From NCBI GenBank assembly GCA_049724395.1, contig JAUGWO010000042.1, forward strand, positions 186,001 through 250,000: a stretch of DNA of 64,000 nucleotides, read 5' to 3'. This document shows, piece after piece, positions 61,119 to 64,000 of this stretch. The number at the start of each line of letters is the position of its first letter. Position 1 is the first letter of the stretch. This DNA is from Spongospora subterranea f. sp. subterranea (lineage: Eukaryota). Both the position numbers and the translations under genes were made by a program. The notes beneath the pieces are model-generated. The model made no database searches, was not told the DNA's origin, and was given only the letters and a program-made list of their open reading frames with translations.

Positions 61119-64000
61119 TCATTTGCTAATCGACGGTTTCGGTAGTACAATGGCTCCGCCGATAAAAATTCTTTTTTTGGCAGCTTTGAGACCAACGTTA
61201 TCATACATCACCGCAGGACATTTCAAAGCAATATTGTGCATAACATTATCTCCTGGCCCTGACTCGTCTTTGCTGATGACTTCAACTTGATCAGCATCAT
61301 TTGATTGCGCTTTCCCAGACTCTTTAGCGCTGATGTAGTCACGTGGACCAGCAACGGGTCCACTATCGGTGGGATCGGTTTCTTCGGAAACAACTGCAAT
61401 GCTATCAACAACATCAGTAGGGTTGGGCTGTGATTGGATAGCAGTTTCATGGGAAATGCGATCCAGACTAGTTGGAAACACGATATAGTCTTCAATTTCT
61501 GCATCACTTTTGGCGATTTGCTGTTTGATGGTACCTGTGCTCTCTTCTCCAAAACCAGCAGGAGGAATATGTACAGTTTTGCCTATAATTTCATTTGTCC
61601 TTTTTGCAGATATATCGAGAACCGTTTCTAGGTCGATATTAGTATCATGATCGATGGGTTGATTAGACCCAGGCAAGGTATGAGTACGGTATAAAAGGCT
61701 GCCTTCGTCCGCATTGCTTGGATGATGCTCCACAGTTAGATCGGAGTCATTGCAACCATCAAATGGAGTCCGGTCACAAAGAGCGGATGGTGAGTTGCTA
61801 GTCACGTCACTTTGTCCAGCAACGTGATCGGATAAATCTGGTGGTACAACAACTACAAATGTAGTTTGTGCATTTGCACCGTCTTCCACTAATTGATGTT
61901 CGTTCACGTGTCCACTTGTACCTGGGTCGCATGCGTTCGGGTCGATTCTAGACGACTCGCTGACAGATTCTTCAGGAACTGCAATAAATAAATTGACATT
62001 TTGGTCACACTGCATGTCGTTGACTGGTATAGAGTCTTTTTGTTCAGACTTGTTTGAAGCAACGTTAGGTCGTTGAATAGGTGTACCTTCATCCGAACCG
62101 TCGATGGCAGTGGTTGCCGAGTTGCTGGTCCATCCATTTCTTGCAGTTGCAGCAACATCCTCAACAGCGAGATGTTCTCTGCCTGAAACGTCGCTGTCGA
62201 GTTGCTGTTTGGCGACGTATGCGCTCAATTCGCTGGAAACGACAGGGATTTCTGACTTTTCAACGACCGCAAGGTTTGTCTTGCTTGCAATTCCTTCGAA
62301 AACTGCTACCACGTTACCGTGACCAATGCGCTCTTGTAGTGGGTTGGGCACACTCTGATTATCATCGACAGTTAACAGACTTTGTACTTTGACAGGTAAA
62401 CTGTCTGTATCTGAAATCTGGCCAAGAAGAGTGATGTGCGCGTCCGTCACGGTTTCACTATGAGCATCAAGTCGTCGGATACCAGTTTTTGATATGAGAT
62501 CATCAACAAAGGGAACAGAAACTTCATAGTCTAAAAAAGTATCAGCAGGTTGCCGAGCAATGATGTATGCTTCTGTTTCAGAGAAATCGGAAGGAATTTC
62601 AAATGCGACAGGGGCGATGGTGTTATCTGTAAAGGCTTTTGCCTGCGGGTTAGAATCTTCCTGCGAATTGTGGATTGAAGAAGGAGTTCGATCATTCTGT
62701 GTGTTTGAACCAGCTTCAGGACAGTCAGTAGGTATTTTAGTGACAGCTCCACTCAAACTGACAACGGCACCTGCGATATGAACATGATCGGTGCGTGATA
62801 CAGCATCGTAAAGAACGAGATGCTCTTTGTTTGCAACGTCTCGGTCGGATTGCTGTTCGACGACGTATGCGATTAGTTCATCCAGTGATTGAAATGAGAC
62901 AGGATCAATTTTTACCAGATCATCTGTTCCGACCACGTTTATGCGATTATCAGAAGAGAAACCCCTTTCAGGCAATTCATCCGAATTGTCAACGGCAGTT
63001 GCGGTACTTTCGTAAGTGATGGTTGCCGAGTTGATGGCAAATCCAGTTTGTGCAGTTCCTGCAACATCTTCAGAGGGATGCTTTTCGTCTGAGCTGTCTC
63101 GGGTGGGTTGCCGATTGATGACGTATGCACTTGAATCTTCCAGACCAACAGGAAATTCCAATACGCGAGAGTCGACTTTTATCATGGGTTCATCTGTTTT
63201 GGCTGCATTTTTTATACTCTTATCATACGCAGCAGTTTTAACGGGAACTGCCGGATGTTTGCCTGCGATGTGACTGGAGGGTTGTTGTTGCATCTCGTAT
63301 ATGCTAACTCCATCAAGACCGGTAGAGGATTTCAATGCGTCAGGGTTCATCATGGGTTGACCTGTCGTGGCCATGCTGTGAGGCTTATTAGGAGTAACGA
63401 TTTCATAAGATACTCCCTCTGCGTCGTCAACAGCAATAACAACTTGATCTGTAACATCGTCAGCGGGAAATTCTTTGTCTGCCATGTCGTCGTCGGGTTT
63501 CCGATTGATAATTAATGCACTTGATTCATCGCCACCGACAGAAGATTTCAGCACGCCAGGTTCAAGCTTTATCATGGGTTGATCTGTGGTGGCCACGTTG
63601 ATAGACTTATCAGAAGCTACAGTTTCGTCAGATACTCTATCTAAATAGCCAATATCGATAGCGATATCGTCGAAAGGGATGGCTGGCGAGCTTGTAGTTG
63701 ATCCACATTGTGCTGGTGCTGTAACATCAGGGTTTTTCGTGGCCACGTTGATAGGGCCAGTAGGAGCAATGATCTCATCAAATACTTCCTCTGATTCCTC
63801 CACGACATTTGCGACATCATCGAAGGGTTTGGTTGCAGAGTTTGCTATTACATCACAGCGTGTAGTTACTGCAGCATCGTCAGCGGGAAGTTTCCTGTCT
63901 GCCATGTCGCCGTCGAATTGCAGATTGATTACTAATGCACTTGATTCATCGAGACCCACAGAAGATTTCAAGGCGTCAGGTTCAAGTTTCACCATAGGTT
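61119..64000 (-). CDS. Large acidic, repeat-containing hypothetical protein (5' end beyond the window)
   Basis: >=958-aa uninterrupted ORF, D/E/S/T/A/V-rich, with degenerate internal repeats (MVKLEPDALKSSVGLDESSALVIN / MIKLEPGVLKSSVGGDESSALIIN). Confidence 0.85.
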   Translation of the reverse strand, partial: PMVKLEPDALKSSVGLDESSALVINLQFDGDMADRKLPADDAAVTTRCDVIANSATKPFDDVANVVEESEEVFDEIIAPTGPINVATKNPDVTAPAQCGSTTSSPAIPFDDIAIDIGYLDRVSDETVASDKSINVATTDQPMIKLEPGVLKSSVGGDESSALIINRKPDDDMADKEFPADDVTDQVVIAVDDAEGVSYEIVTPNKPHSMATTGQPMMNPDALKSSTGLDGVSIYEMQQQPSSHIAGKHPAVPVKTAAYDKSIKNAAKTDEPMIKVDSRVLEFPVGLEDSSAYVINRQPTRDSSDEKHPSEDVAGTAQTGFAINSATITYESTATAVDNSDELPERGFSSDNRINVVGTDDLVKIDPVSFQSLDELIAYVVEQQSDRDVANKEHLVLYDAVSRTDHVHIAGAVVSLSGAVTKIPTDCPEAGSNTQNDRTPSSIHNSQEDSNPQAKAFTDNTIAPVAFEIPSDFSETEAYIIARQPADTFLDYEVSVPFVDDLISKTGIRRLDAHSETVTDAHITLLGQISDTDSLPVKVQSLLTVDDNQSVPNPLQERIGHGNVVAVFEGIASKTNLAVVEKSEIPVVSSELSAYVAKQQLDSDVSGREHLAVEDVAATARNGWTSNSATTAIDGSDEGTPIQRPNVASNKSEQKDSIPVNDMQCDQNVNLFIAVPEESVSESSRIDPNACDPGTSGHVNEHQLVEDGANAQTTFVVVVPPDLSDHVAGQSDVTSNSPSALCDRTPFDGCNDSDLTVEHHPSNADEGSLLYRTHTLPGSNQPIDHDTNIDLETVLDISAKRTNEIIGKTVHIPPAGFGEESTGTIKQQIAKSDAEIEDYIVFPTSLDRISHETAIQSQPNPTDVVDSIAVVSEETDPTDSGPVAGPRDYISAKESGKAQSNDADQVEVISKDESGPGDNVMHNIALKCPAVMYDNVGLKAAKKRIFIGGAIVLPKPSISK

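Noticed and set aside
1..64000. tRNA or rRNA genes
   Set aside because: No cloverleaf with T-loop/D-loop consensus and no rRNA signature recognised by eye; a tRNAscan/Rfam run would be needed to exclude them.

Overview
Eukaryotic, very gene-dense genomic DNA with short GT-AG introns (about 40-70 nt) and tiny intergenic gaps. Cilium-associated genes suggest a flagellated protist; a plasmodiophorid-like organism is my guess and is unverified. Bases 1-6800 are a transposon-relic block: a mariner-like fragment, a rearranged hAT element with a 28/30-bp terminal array, an IS3EU-like integrase and a MITE copy. Three different elements there occur as fold-back inverted duplications. The rest holds about 25 mostly spliced genes: PIG-B, FIG4/SAC phosphatase, CEP104-like, MALSU1/RsfS, prefoldin 1, a WD40 protein, Rad21/Rec8, PSMA2, an F-box membrane protein, CC2D1-like, Tctex-1, kinesin-8, a CCCH zinc finger, ATAD1/Msp1, UBC6, PTRHD1, CHID1, two LRR genes and a large acidic repeat protein. 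The best leads are (1) an apparent single-chain Elongin C-like + Elongin A/BC-box-like + LRR fusion revealed only after splicing, (2) the multi-family fold-back transposon cluster as a possible hairpin-RNA silencing locus, and (3) an intronless F-box protein fused to a bacterial-looking DUF3592-type membrane module. Several conserved genes carry single-base +1 frameshifts in short base runs, most likely assembly errors. Exon boundaries and family assignments were made by eye and from memory of motifs, not by database search.
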